A DNA stretch of 63,565 nucleotides, counting the filler, from Octopus bimaculoides (lineage: Eukaryota): the NCBI RefSeq assembly GCF_001194135.2. It is 7 parts of 4 records of this genome, joined end to end, with 100 filler letters (N's around TTAATTAATTAA, not from the genome) between each part and the next. Parts side by side here need not be neighbours in the genome. Positions count along the whole stretch, not along the records: positions 26,760 to 39,883 come from NC_068981.1; positions 39,984 to 54,010 come from NC_068981.1; 5 more parts are not named here. One strand, given 5' to 3'. The notes beneath the pieces were generated by a model. It searched no databases. It was given only the letters and a program-made list of their open reading frames with translations, and was not told the origin of the DNA. Each line of letters begins with the position of its first letter. The first letter of the stretch is position 1. Shown here piece after piece: positions 39,021 through 51,962 of this stretch. A program made the translations under genes and the position numbers.

Positions 39021-39983
39021 CTCACAACACTGGTATACTACAAACGAAAATTTCAAGTGCTCCTATAATCAATTCGATAATAAGAACAACACTGACTTAA
39101 AAAAAAAAAGTTACATACTGATATCTCTTTTGTAGTGTTAAAAAGAAAAAAGAAAAGAAGAAAAGGAAAAACTGAAATGTATATATGATACTTGTTACGT
39201 AGCGATGAATCTTTGTTTTGACACCATTTAGAAACATCGAATAAAAATATGATGATGATGATGATGACGATGATGATAAACTAAAAACCTCTTTTTGTGT
39301 TCCTCGTTTTCAGGTGTTGGACGGCCTGATAGGCAGACAAGTAAAGGCTAAGCTCTCGATCTGGTCTATGATAAAGAGAAAGTCACTGTTTAGATAACCA
39401 TGTATGCATCACACCCAGCCCAAGGATTCGAACACGTGCCAACATCCATCAGTTAACTGGCTCCGCTATGTCGACTGATAATATTTCTTTATTTATTTTT
39501 GTTCTCTTATTCCTCAATCGGAATTCAACAGCCACTCCCATCCTTTTTATTCTCTTTTACAATTTTTTCAGTTCTTTCTTTCTTTCTTTCTTTCTTTCTT
39601 GCTCTCCCTTTCTCTCTCTTTCTCTCCCTCACCCTACTAAACTGCTATCATTAGGGCTATCTAGTTCAGTAGAGGGGGCAACATTACGGGCAAACAATAT
39701 CTAGAGAACGCCATCTAGATTCCAGTACGTGAAAAGGCAACTGCCAACATTTCACCACCACCACCACCACCAACACCACCACCGCCAAGAATATCACCAA
39801 TAACAACACTAGCATCTTCACCGCCACTGTCACCGCCATCACCAAGAACATCACCAATAACACTTCCACCACCACCACCACCANNNNNNNNNNNNNNNNN
39901 NNNNNNNNNNNNNNNNNNNNNNNNNNNTTAATTAATTAANNNNNNNNNNNNNNNNNNNNNNNNNNNNNNNNNNNNNNNNNNNN

Positions 39984-40026
<43 letters not shown>

Positions 40027-40052
40027 ACACACATACACACACACGCAGCGAG

Positions 40053-40282
40053 AATGAGCTAATGCTGTAGTTGACGCACATGAAGGAAAGCATACACACT
40101 AACATGGACCATAACTGTCCGAAAAATACCGACCGCGCTGGCGTAACTGATGATGGTAACGGAAACTGCCGAAACTGACGCGTCAGTCTTAAGAATATTC
40201 AGTCGATATTTTTCGGACAGTTATGGTACCTGTTAGAGTATATGTTTTTATTCATGTGCGTCAACTACAGCATTAGATCATT
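40053..40282 (+). mobile_element. Foldback element (81-bp arms) with a type I hammerhead in the loop
   Basis: Arms 40053-40133 and 40202-40282; inner 26 bp match 25/26. Confidence 0.85.
40142..40193 (+). ncRNA. Type I hammerhead ribozyme, canonical core, GUC cleavage triplet
   Basis: taa-CTGATGA-t-ggta(acggaaac)tgcc-GAAA-ctgacgcgtcag-TC^-tta; predicted cut after 40188. Confidence 0.75.
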
Positions 40283-40429
40283 TTAGCTCTTATTTCTATC
40301 AATGTAGGTGGTTTTTAACATCATAGAGACATTTAGTGACATACATATATATATATAATGAGTTTCTATGTATATGCTTGTATTTACTCTTAACACTTTT
40401 TCTTACTAGACAATACTATTAATCAAAAT

Positions 40430-41510
40430 TGCTACCCACAGCTCTTATGACAATGTTGACAACTGAACAATACCGAGTGATTTTCTTGTACGAATACAAG
40501 TTGGGTCATTCTGCCACTGAAGCTCTACGAAACATCGAGCGGGCTTTTGGTAACGATCCTGTTGACATTAGAACTGTTCAGAGATGGTTCCAAAGATTTC
40601 GTTCAGGAAACGAAAGCTTTAAAAACGAACGAAGAGGGAGATCAGAATCAGTTATTCGGCATGATGAACTGAGTGCTTGGGTTAAACGAAATCCGAGAAC
40701 AATGGACGAAAAGTCGGATCAGAGCTCTAGACATCTCCCGCAACCGTTTCTCGACACTTGAAGAAAATTGGAAAAGTCAAAAAGATGGATAGGTTTGTTC
40801 CCCGTCAACTTAATGAAATTCAAAGAAACAGAGGCCTTACAGTGTGTTCCATGTTGATTTCTCGGTTAGAAAGAGAACCATTTTTGTATCGACTCATTAC
40901 GTGTGATGAGAAATGGATACTCTTTGATAACAGCAGAACAGGATAGTGGTTAGATATAGGAGAGTCACCAAAACACTACCCAAAGCCACCATTGCACCCT
41001 AAAATGTTGATGGTTACTGTATGGTAGCCAACAAAGGGGGTTATTCATTATTCATATTTGCAACAAGGAAAAACTGTAACAGCAACATCCTATCGTCAGG
41101 AAATTGATTGTATGCATAAAAAATTAAAAAAGAAGCAACCCAGATTACTGAATAGAGATGATTCAATTTTACTTCATGATAATGCACGGCCTCACACTTC
41201 TCAAGCGACGGTCCACAAGTTGCAAAGCCTGAATTATGAAATTTTGGCACATCCTCCTTATTCTCCTGATATCTCCTACTGATTGTCACATATTTAAACG
41301 TTTCGAGCTTGCTATAAAACACTCTTAAATAAAGAGGTAATTGAAGCATTCGAACAGTTTATTTGTGTAAAAGGTGACAAATTCAGGAACGTTGGATGAA
41401 GGTCATAAATGAACAATGATCATATTTTGATTAAATAAATAAATATTCTAAAACTTAGCAATTTTCATTTTTCCCTTTACAAATGCGACATTTCATGCGA
41501 GACAACTTAA
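40430..41510 (+). mobile_element. Near full-length decayed mariner (5' TIR missing)
   Basis: YRVIFLYEYKLGHSATEA..VQRWFQRFRSG; FVPRQL; TCDEKWILFDN; LHDNARPH; HPPYSPD; 3' TIR-like tgcgacatttcatgcgagacaacttaa|ta; stops and frameshifts. Confidence 0.92.
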
Positions 41511-41559
41511 TACATATACACAATATCTTATCAACATATGGCACCTTCATGGTTTTACT

Positions 41560-42185
41560 TCACTGTGAACTCTATGTTGTTCCTAGCCGAGTTTCTGAAT
41601 CTTGTCCATTGATTGAAGGTAGTTTACCACTGTTCTTTTATTACTATCCATCTACTCCGCCCATTCTCTGGTCATTTGACGTGGATTTTCGTGAAAAAGT
41701 TGATTCAATCGCTCTTCATCGAATTCAATTGGTCGACCGGTGTGTGATCCATCCTTGAGGTCAAAATTCCCATTTTTGAAGCGCAAAAACCAACGGCAGG
41801 TGATACTTTGAGGCATTGCTCTTTCTCCATACGCAGCACAAATCTCACGAGCTGCTTCGGCGGCCTTAACACATCGATTTAATGTAAAAAGCTAATGGTG
41901 TCGACAATGCTCAGTCTTGTCCACTTGACATTCCATTTTAATGATCTGAAAATACACAAAAATCAATAAAATTAAAAAATCAAAACACACTATCTTGTAG
42001 AGCAAAACTTTCTCTTTTAAATACCATAAAACATTTTGCCAATGTGATTTACTTCAGCGTGCATTTTTAAATTAAAAAAAACGCTCATGAATTATTCCTC
42101 AACCCAGTATATAAATATATATGTATACATTCTCTACGCACAGCGCCTTTATTGGTTCCTACGTTCCACTTATTTGTGAGGACAG
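41560..42185 (-). mobile_element. Mariner 5' half (second family)
   Basis: From 41936 (minus): MECQVDKTEHCRHH*LFTLNRCVKAAEAAREICAAYGE..RWFLRFKNGNFDLKD..GRP..FDEERL; TIR-like ctgtcctcacaaataagtggaac. Confidence 0.85.
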
Positions 42186-42229
42186 AAAACAGCTTATTAT
42201 TTTGTGATTTCATGACAATAATAATTCTT

Positions 42230-42430
42230 CTAATTTTAGCACAAGGCCAGTAATTTTAGGGGGAACGGGTGGATCAATGACATTGATCCGGTACTTTATT
42301 TTATCGACCTCAGAAAGATGAAATGCAAAACTGACTTCGGTTGGTTTTGAGCGCAGGACGTAAGGAGCCAGAAAACACGCTGCTAAGCATTTTGTTCGAA
42401 ACGCTAATAATTCTGCTAGCTTGTCATCTT
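42230..42430 (-). mobile_element. SINE family C
   Basis: Homology to 46540-46740. Confidence 0.8.
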
Positions 42431-43203
42431 CCTCATAGCTAAAACAATTGTAATTTAATTGAAGAATCCTATTTAATTCATATAGAAACAAAGAAATCTA
42501 GAAAATGAAGCTAATGATTATCATAGAATTCCAATTACATTTGTATTTCTACCTAAGCTGGTCCTCTTGTTCTGTGCTGTTATATATCATACCAGTGAAG
42601 AGAATCGATGCAAATACAGTCTTTTAAGTAAGGTCGTTGCAGGGAGAGACAAAGAGAGTGAGAGAGAGAGAGAGAGGCGAGATGTTAGACAGACAATCAG
42701 ATAGACAGACAGAAAGACAGACAGACAGAGAAAGTGGAGTATTGCATTGATTCGATGTTTTTTGTGCTTTTTCTCTGCGCCATTGTATTTCTTTTTCTTC
42801 TGGAACCAAGAAAGAAGATTTAAACTGAGAAAATATTCTGTGAAGGTTTGAAATACATACATACATACATACAAACATCCATCCATCCATACATACATAC
42901 ATACATACATACATACATACATACATACATACATACATACATGCATACATACATACATACATATATATTAGTGTCTCAGAACATTTCTCAATATATTGCA
43001 TCGATAGTTTTATCATTCTTATGACAGTTTTTCATTAGATTTTTTTCCACTTTTCTTTCGTATTTCCAATATATTAAGTAATTGCTTGAGGCTTGCTTTT
43101 ATTGTTTACTGTTTGTCGCCACAGGCGGGTGACTTTCTATAAAAATAAAACTACATAGTTTAATAGAGGAGTTAATAATCTAAAGTAGAGTAGAACAGTA
43201 TAA

Positions 43204-43238
<35 letters not shown>

Positions 43239-43693
43239 NNNNNNNNNNNNNNNNNNNNNNNNNNNNNNNNNNNNNNNNNNNNNNNNNNNNNNNNNNNNNN
43301 NNNNNNNNNNNNNNNNNNNNNNNNNNNNNNNNNNNNNNNNNNNNNNNNNNNNNNNNNNNNNNNNNNNNNNNNNNNNNNNNNNNNNNNNNNNNNNNNNNNN
43401 NNNNNNNNNNNNNNNNNNNNNNNNNNNNNNNNNNNNNNNNNNNNNNNNNNNNNNNNNNNNNNNNNNNNNNNNNNNNNNNNNNNNNNNNNNNNNNNNNNNN
43501 NNNNNNNNNNNNNNNNNNNNNNNNNNNNNNNNNNNNNNNNNNNNNNNNNNNNNNNNNNNNNNNNNNNNNNNNNNNNNNNNNNNNNNNNNNNNNNNNNNNN
43601 NNNNNNNNNNNNNNNNNNNNNNNNNNNNNNNNNNNNNNNNNNNNNNNNNNNNNNNNNNNNNNNNNNNNNNNNNNNNNNNNNNNNNNNNNNNNN

Positions 43694-43749
<56 letters not shown>

Positions 43750-43799
43750 TGTGTCTGTGTCTGTCTCTGTGTCTGTCTCTGTGTGTCTCTGTGTGTATT

Positions 43800-44010
43800 C
43801 ATGTGTGTGTGTCTCTGTGTTTGTCCCCTGCCATCGTTTGGCAACCGATGTTGGTGTGTTTATGTCTCCGTAACTTAGTGGTTCGGCAAAAGAGACTGAC
43901 AGAATGAGTACTAGGCTTACAAAGAATACGTCCTAGGCTAGTAAAACCTATAAGGCTGTGCTCCAGCATGGCCGCAGTCAAATGACTGAAACAACTATAA
44001 CAGTAAAAGA
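43800..44010 (+). mobile_element. SINE family B, 3' half
   Basis: Homology to 27060-27274. Confidence 0.85.
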
Positions 44011-45142
44011 AAATAATAAAAGAATACACTAGACCTTACACTGTGTTTCGATTACCAATTCAATCTCATTAGCGTGGGTAATTAGTATTTGCTGAATCTC
44101 ACGTTAAGATGCTTAGAAAATAAGAATGAGTCCTAGGACTCACAGGACCGTTACCCGATTTCTTTCGTTTATAAGTAACCGAAATCACAACACCCCCGTT
44201 GAATGGGATGCCAGTCCATCATAGGAGTACTCATTTACACCTGAGTGAACTGGAGTAACGTGAAATGAAGTGTTTTACTCCAAAATACAACACACCCCCA
44301 GATCTGGAAATCGAAACCACGAATATGCATAGAACCTTGTGTATTATCCATGGATTTGAAATTGTATCCAATGTGATTTTCAGCTCAGTGACCACAGATA
44401 ATAGTTTACTCCTGTGGTTTTATCCGATAATTTTTAATCCCTATTATAATTTGAAACTCGATAATTAGATGATATTTCTAAATAGTCATTAATCCGATAT
44501 TATTAATAGACAGTTGTCAATCTGGTGTTGTCGCACAATTACTGAAGTCATATGTTGTCAAGTTATTCATAGGAAGTTGATTCTCCAATACATCTATATG
44601 AAAAGAGACTATAAAGCGACTGTTACAAAACCACATTACAAATCAATCTTGCCGGAGTTGGTAAAATTGTTGTTGTAAATGTGGCACTTTAATGCTTCTT
44701 GCTCAGAAAAGGAAAATGGCAAAAAGACTGTAAGTAGACTACAGTAGAAGCAACAACATTAGAAATAACAGACTTATTGTTGCTTCTATATCACCAGCAG
44801 CCACATTCCCGGACATGGTAAACAGAAGTGACACAATGGCTCCATCCCCGTTATCGTTAGAACCAATGTGACAGGGGTGGTCCCATTAAGTACAAGCCAT
44901 TCTCCTTCTACCACAAAATCTGCCAGAAATCTTCTGCCAGAAGATTTCAACTTGAATCTTGTAGAATTAAAAGTTAGTGATTAGTCTGTAGTTTTTACGA
45001 CCTTCTGTATCTATTTCTTTGCTTGAATATTGCTTTCTGATTCAGCCACTTTGGTATTTGTAATAGGCGCAATACTTTATAAAATTAGTTCGTCATATTG
45101 ATATAGTACATGTATGTGTTTTATCCAAAAATTTGTTATTTT

Positions 45143-45433
45143 TATTGTTATATTTCGGGATTGTCATTTGTTTTTCTTGACAAATAAACGCAAGCACTAT
45201 ATCTTCGTTCTTCACTATTATCATTGCTCTTATTTTATTTCACATCCATTGCCTGGAAATCTTTCGTCACACATCAGTGACTTCTTCAGCGACTCTTAAG
45301 ATGTGACGAAAGATTTTCGGATAGTGAGCATAAAATAAAATAAGAACAATAATATCGAGTGATGAACGAATATATCGTGCGTGTGTTTTTATTTGGCAAG
45401 AAAAAGAAATGTCCATCCTGAAATATAACAATA
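45143..45433 (-). mobile_element. Diverged foldback (~130-bp arms) with a hammerhead motif spanning loop and arm
   Basis: Arms 45143-45275 and 45300-45433; minus strand CTGAAGA-A-gtcac(tgatgt)gtgac-GAAA-gatt-TC at 45289-45256; stem I not recoverable. Confidence 0.7.
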
Positions 45434-45665
45434 TCTTTTTCAGCACATGATTTCATATCAGGAATCTTGTAAAACAAATTCATTAACTTTTGCTATATTT
45501 CCCATTAAGATAATTTCCAATTGTCTTTTCCCCTCAAGGATTCCATTATATTTTCCACTGTTTATATCTTCCTAGGCTAGCAGTACCATATGATTTAAAT
45601 CGTCTTTAGGACTCCGTATTAGATTTTTCCTTTAGGTGGCTTTCCTACTTTCTATATTTTTTGTA

Positions 45666-46048
45666 GTGGAGGCTCAATGGCCCAGTGGTTAGGGCAGCGG
45701 ACTCGCGGTCATAGGATCGCGGTTTTGATTCCCAGACCGGGCGTTGTGAGTGTTTATTGAGCGAAAACATCTAAAGTTCCACGAGGCTCCAGCAGGGGAT
45801 GGTGGCGAATCCTGCTGTATTCTTCCACCACAACTTTCTCTCACTCTTACTTCCTGTTTCTGTTGTGCCTGTAATTCAAAGGGTCAGCCTTGTCACACTG
45901 TGTCACGCTGAATATCCCCGAGAACTACGTTAAGGGTACACGTGTCTGTGGAGTGCTCAGCCACTTGCACGTTAATTTCACGAGCAGGCTGTTCCGTTGA
46001 TCGGATCAACTGGAACCTTCGACATCGTAAGCGATGGAGTGCCAACAA
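45666..46048 (+). mobile_element. SINE family A, full length, 11-bp TSD
   Basis: TSD atattttttgt on both sides. Confidence 0.93.
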
Positions 46049-46435
46049 CATATTTTTTGTCAAAATATTTTCTTTTACGTATTATTTCTACGTAATGTTT
46101 TTGTAAAGGTTTTGTTTTGTTTTCTCGACACATTTTAGTTTGTTTCAGTTGTTCGATTCGTATTTCAAATCACTGGATTCTCTATGCTTTTGCCTTCACT
46201 ACTTGGATAAATTTTCCTTTTATGATTATAAGATTCTGGTCTTTAATTTCAGGCTTTCTATGTAAATTTTCATTTTAGCACCTTTGCCTTTCATCTTTTC
46301 GGTGTCGATGAAATAAAGTAGCAGCTAAGTACTGGGGTCAATGATATCGACCCTTTCTCTTCAAAATTACTGGCTTTGTGTCTAAATTAGAAGCCATAAT
46401 TAGTTTGTGAACCTTTAGTGGTTAGTAAAGAAATT

Positions 46436-46523
<88 letters not shown>

Positions 46524-46539
46524 ATGTTACTCTTGTTAT

Positions 46540-46740
46540 GGCGGTGCGCCTGCAGAATCGTTAGCACATCGCATAAAATGGTTGGCTGCATTTCCTCCAG
46601 CTCTTTACGTTCTAAGTTCAAATTCCACCGAGGTCAACTTTGTTCTTCATCCTTTCGGAGTCGACAAAAAAAACCCAAAATAGATACTAGGGTCAGTTAA
46701 ATCGATTTACCCTCACCCTCTAAAATTTAAGATATTATGC
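46540..46740 (+). mobile_element. SINE family C, near full length
   Basis: ggcggtgcgcctgcagaatcgttagcacatcg..gttcaaattccaccgaggtcaactttg. Confidence 0.8.
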
Positions 46741-46989
46741 CAAAAGCTGGTCTTTATTTGTGATAGTAGTAGTAGTAGTTCACTCCTTTTTTGCTGCCAT
46801 CATATCTGTTATGCTGCAGGATACGCTGTGTTACAACTATATTGCTTTATTCCGCTTTTGTGTTGTATTCTTTGCAGTGTGTGTTTCGTTGTATTACTTC
46901 ATATTCGCATTTCTATGTTAATGCCTTCATGTACAGAAATTATTGGATTGTTCTTTAAAATGTCTGGTTGTTCGCTTAATTTATACTAA

Positions 46990-47205
46990 TCATTTGTGAC
47001 CAAATGTTGGGATTGATTTTTCGTCTGATTTCATATGTCGATCCCCACTTACAATTCGGTAGAATAAAGAGCGTTTATAACCTGTAAGTATTCGATTCAA
47101 GCCTTTTAAACTCCTAACGAGTTTGTAATTGTTATTTTCCTTTTGGTTTAGCGGTACATGCTGAGATTCTGTCTCGTGATGTGAATCCGTTCGGTTAAGT
47201 AGCAT
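46990..47205 (-). mobile_element. Mariner central fragment
   Basis: HVPLN..LFYRIVSGD resembles WVPHxL..RIVTGDE. Confidence 0.55.
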
Positions 47206-47346
47206 TGCTGAATTGTTTGCGTGTTTATTTTACAATTCTAAATTTTAGGGTAATCATGCTGGTGCAAAATGTTTATAAAACTTTAGTTAATATCTTATTA
47301 CAATTGAAACAACATTCTCTGTCAGTAGCCGCTATCTTTTCTTTTC

Positions 47347-47380
<34 letters not shown>

Positions 47381-47807
47381 CTTTTCTTTTCTTACTCAGT
47401 AGCTTAGAGAGTGTCATAAATGAATGTGGAACAGACAAGCAGGCGATAAAATTAACATTAAAATGAGCAATAAAGCAGAACCTTTAATTATAAGGACAAT
47501 GACACTAACAATCTTATGAAAAGTCATTTCAGCTATTTACATTTTGGAGAAATGCAATTTTCATTACGAACACGTGATGTATTTCAAACTACTCTTTTTT
47601 ATTGACATAGCTTTCTTCGAGGCAGCTATTTCCGTTTCTTTTACTAACATATGTTTCCTCTTTCACAAATTCTGTTGTTTTGCTGTTATCAATCTGTTGT
47701 TTTGGTTTTTATGTTAAATTGCTTTCATTCTGTGTTTTGGCTTTTGAATTTCTTCTTGAGATTTGAAAGCCACGTATGTTCACTCAGACAATTGCATTAT
47801 TGTAAGT

Positions 47808-47821
47808 CACATTATTATTAC

Positions 47822-47899
<78 letters not shown>

Positions 47900-48006
47900 T
47901 ACTACTACTACTACTACTATTATTATTATTATTATTATTACTACTACTACTACTACTATTATTATTATTATTATTATTATTATTATCATCATCATCATCA
48001 TCATCA
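47808..48006. repeat. Compound (TAT)n(TAC)n(CAT)n microsatellite
   Basis: Direct. Confidence 0.95.
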
Positions 48007-48204
48007 ATTTTCAATTCTGCTTCCATTGCTTGCTGAGTGTCTTCCTGACAACTAGGTCAGAGAAACGTACTGTATACGCTTGTAGGCCATTAAAATAAAC
48101 ACACCAGATTGTTCATTTACAAAGTTATATGATAGAGGAAAAGGAAAAAATAAAAAATAAAAAAGTAAACAAAGAAAATAAAGGGAAAAAGGAAGGAAAA
48201 TTCA

Positions 48205-48790
48205 CAGCGACAATGCTCTTCTCAGTACGTGTAACGTACTAGTTAAGAGAATCTTTTGCACTTCTTGCATAGCTGGTATGCCAGGGATCATCCTTAAATA
48301 ATTGTCAGTTCCTTTTTTAATAATTCCAAGTGCTCTATTATTTTTATCTCAGGTATTGTTGGAACTCTTGGATTCTTGTTTGTGTAGCGGGCTTGCTGCC
48401 TGCAGCCTTCAGTACCACACTATTTCTGTTCTTTTCATCTATCTAATCTTTCCTGATATTTCTGTCCGTGCCAAGGAGGCAAACCTACTGGGCACTCTAT
48501 TCCGTTTTCCTTTGTATCCTTCTTGGTGCTTTCTGGTACTGTCCCCATATATCTAACAATAATTGGCACTATCTTCACCTTCATCATTTTGCATAACCGA
48601 GCTATTTCGCACTTAAAAGGGTTGTATTTATCTATTTTTTCGCCTTTTTCTAGACTGCTCGTGGGTCAAAGGGGCACACAACATCAACTATATAGCACAT
48701 GTGGTGCATCTTGTCGACCACCACGAGGTCCGATTTGGGATCTTTATAGCTTTCGTCACTGTTTACAGTTTTGTACCTGTTGTTTTCAAA
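48205..48790 (-). mobile_element. Two abutting 3' ends of RLE-endonuclease non-LTR retrotransposons
   Basis: KSDLVVVDKMHHMCYIVDVVCPFDPR and GTVPE..CLLGTDRNIRK; second element ..ALGIIKKGTDNYLRMIPGIPAMQEVQKILLTSTLHVLRRALSL*. Confidence 0.75.
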
Positions 48791-49680
48791 TTTGGTATAT
48801 GGATTAAATTTTGTATACTAATTAGGAAAATAAAATTCAGTTTCCCTATAAATCCATAATTAAAAAGTTATTAGCCTTTAAAATTTTCAAAATTTGGGTA
48901 TTTTAGCCAATCAGAAGCGAGTATTTTACATATCACCGTGGCGAAAGCTCTGTTTCCATAGTAACCAAAGATACTGCGCATGCGCACAAGGAGGAGAAGG
49001 AGATACGAGTAAATTAATCTCCTACAATGATACTCTTGTGTTTTTCTCCGTCACAACATATGAATGAGAAAGGAAGGGGTGATAGAAAACTGATAGTAGG
49101 AGCGTTTCAACTCTGTGTGAGTATATGTGTGTGTATGTAAAAGGGGGTATGTGAATGTTTGTGTGTGTGTGTGCGTGCTCATGCAATGGAAATGAGATGG
49201 TAAATATTCAACGCTGAAAAGAAAAATCAAAGAGCGTTTCAACTCTGTGTGAGTATATGTGTGTATGTGTGTGTATGTGACAGCACGGGGCCAGCTTGTT
49301 TATTTTATAAAATCCTAGAGTGCATTGAAAACTTTCGTTCTTGAATAACTAATAAATGTCTGTTTTAAATAATGTCTTGACGGTTATTTCTAGTAACTCC
49401 CGTTGGTTTTTTCGTAGCTTTTAAATATTTAATTTGCTCGCGAATGTTTTAATGTTAAATTCATTCGAGTTTATTTTAATGCTTTGACTGTTATTTCTAG
49501 CAATGTTTTGACATGCCGATGCACCCCACCCCCAATGAGGGAAGAGGCAACGAACGCGCTGTTTTCTAATTGGCTGAAAATTCTGAAAATTATCATAAAT
49601 TAATAACAAATTTGGATTCAGCGTCAAAAATTACATCTATATGATACATTAAAAAATTTTTTTTAAGATAATTGTAAGCA
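48790..49680. mobile_element. Possible non-autonomous DNA transposon with opposed CCAAT-containing subterminal blocks
   Basis: aaattttcaaaatt..ttagccaatcagaagcg (~48880-48920) versus cgctgttttctaattggctgaaaattctgaaaatt (~49557-49592); termini and TSD not resolved. Confidence 0.35.
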
Positions 49681-49737
49681 GTGACGAAAACCACAAAGAT
49701 CCCCGGTCTGTTATGCTCTAGCACCTGACCTGTTTGG

Positions 49738-49799
<62 letters not shown>

Positions 49800-49820
49800 C
49801 ATTATTATTATCATTATTAT

Positions 49821-50080
49821 TATAGATAATATTAAGACTGCTACAACTCCTCTGGAAGGAATATGTAAATAAAAAAGAAGAGTGCCATAATAAAATTTGC
49901 TGAACGATATTTCGGTATTCCTTCCATATTCCTTCCAGAGGAGTCATAGTAGTCCTAATATTATCTATAAAAAAAAATGAAGTAGACTGAAATATCGAAT
50001 TTTTGAACCCGTTGAAGGTATGCGAGATACCGAAATATCGTTCAGCAAATTTAATTATGACACTCTTCTTTTTTTTATTT
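49821..50080 (+). mobile_element. Double inverted-repeat structure with a degenerate type I hammerhead
   Basis: IR-A 49821-49865/49925-49969; IR-B 49866-49918/50027-50079; tgaac-CCGTTGA-a-ggtat(gcgag)atacc-GAAA-ta-TC-gttca at 50004-50044. Confidence 0.72.
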
Positions 50081-50085
50081 TATTA

Positions 50086-50156
<71 letters not shown>

Positions 50157-50418
50157 GTTATTATTATGACGATGATGAGAATGATGATGACGACGGTAGT
50201 AATAACAATAGTAATAGTGCTTTATTAACCACTAGGTATTTACAAAATTGTCGAGGACGATATTGGACGGTATAGGACGATAGAATGTTGGGGTAGGTAA
50301 AAGTGTGTAATCAGGAAATAACCGAAAAAACAAACAAAAGTGTCAAGTAAGAAATAATTCCTCCAAACTGGGGAGGCCTCCGATGGCTGCTCATGAAACT
50401 TCACAAAACCACTGTCAC

Positions 50419-50648
50419 CTGACCATCTATTAGCAAATTTGCTGGGACAGCATCTTCACTGGTACTTGTAAAGGTTGATGCGGGCTCGGTCAAAGAGGAA
50501 TCCAAGGTGTGTTTTAATCCAATATCTATACTATAATTTATAGCTTTATCCACTTCGAGTTCCACCGTTATCATACATTCATGCTTCTTTAAACAATTAG
50601 GATCAACATCACATATAGGCATCAAATAAAATAGCAAAATTTTTATCA
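50419..50648 (-). CDS. Putative coding exon of an unidentified secreted or membrane protein
   Basis: 77 open codons in unique sequence ending CAG|gtgaca; ..CDVDPNCLKKHECMITVELEVDKAINYSIDIGLKHTLDSSLTEPASTFTSTSEDAVPANLLIDGQ; acceptor position ambiguous. Confidence 0.38.
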
Positions 50649-50876
50649 CTAGACTTATGCGACAACATAATTAATCAATGTAAAAATTCAAGCAAAAAAA
50701 CTTTGCATTTACGTAAATAAACCATGTAGTCATTCTTAACATATATTACCCGTTGAATTTCCTCATTATCTTCTCACGAACATTTTTTTAATGAATCAAG
50801 TTTATATTATAATGGAACACTTTCAAAGAGTTTGTTACAAACAATATTAAATACAACAAAAAGCACATTTACTTAC

Positions 50877-50939
50877 CGAACGAAAAGGAAACCGAAAAAT
50901 ATAATCATCATAACGCACTTTTCAATCTTCAGTTTCCAT
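50877..50939 (-). CDS. Putative exon with signal-peptide-like start (MMIIFFGFLFV)
   Basis: aacttttcag|A..TCG|gtaagt consensus splice sites; ATG at 50911; phase 2 end is in frame with the next exon only via the taag acceptor at ~50654. Confidence 0.4.
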
Positions 50940-51885
50940 CTGAAAAGTTAAAAACTGTTTTTAAACTCCAAGATAAAGCTTTTACAAATCACGACAAATA
51001 TTACTGATTACACAGCAGAATCACGGTTAACCTCTCTTATTCAACCGCTCACAGTTTTACTGAAACAATTTCCTTTTAAATGCAATCGAACTCAAAAACA
51101 TTCACCATAACAGTACAAATTATGTTAACTTCATGTTTCCGTGCAAAAGATTGGTTTAGATACGAATGTCTCTAAACAAAGATTTTACCAACATAAATTT
51201 CTTTAATCACCAAAAATTAAAAGGTTAGCAGCTCATAAAATATGGCTGCTCAAAGTCTCTATCATAAATTTTAACACTTCGTAGAAGAGTCTATTAAGAG
51301 TTAAGACATATAAGCAAAATAAAAAACGCCATGACAACTTCGCACATTAGCAAAAAAAGAGACACTTTTCTCCAAAGAACAAGTATTGAGCAGAAATTCA
51401 GAACTCATCTCCTCTTGTAGACATTTTAAATATGTGACATTTTAAATACATAGACTTCTCGCACGTGTAAATTCTTATAGTTGAAAATAATTGGTTTAAT
51501 CTTTTGTAGCGCAAAAGACTGACGTTTAATCACATTATATTATTTTTGTTTATATGCTTGTCTCTATAAACAAATATAACATATAGGTACTAACAGTCAG
51601 GTATTTCCTGTTTATCAGAAATATTAGTACAATATGGAAGATATTTACTTCTTGGTTGCAAAGACTGACAGTATTTACTGATCTCACGTTGTTTCCTCCC
51701 TTTTGTTTGTTACCAATATAGCTACCCATTACTGTTCCAAACTCCTCAGTAACAGCTACCTTTGCTATCACCTCCCACACCCAAACTGAGTTACCCCTAT
51801 GCTAAAACCAATTTTGAGATATCAGTTTTTAGCGACAAAATTTCGAAACAGCCACTATTAATATATTGTCTCGTCTGTGTGTGTG

Positions 51886-51962
<77 letters not shown>

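Noticed and set aside
39322-39348. 27-nt micro-exon candidate (VLDGLIGRQ) after the juxtamembrane exon
   Set aside because: Splice-like sites are present but there is no motif support and it lies beyond a scaffold join.
44880-44950. AEDFWQILW*KEN resembling PTP 'DFWRMIW'
   Set aside because: In-frame stops on both sides, opposite strand to the receptor exons, and produced by a local 10-bp duplication.
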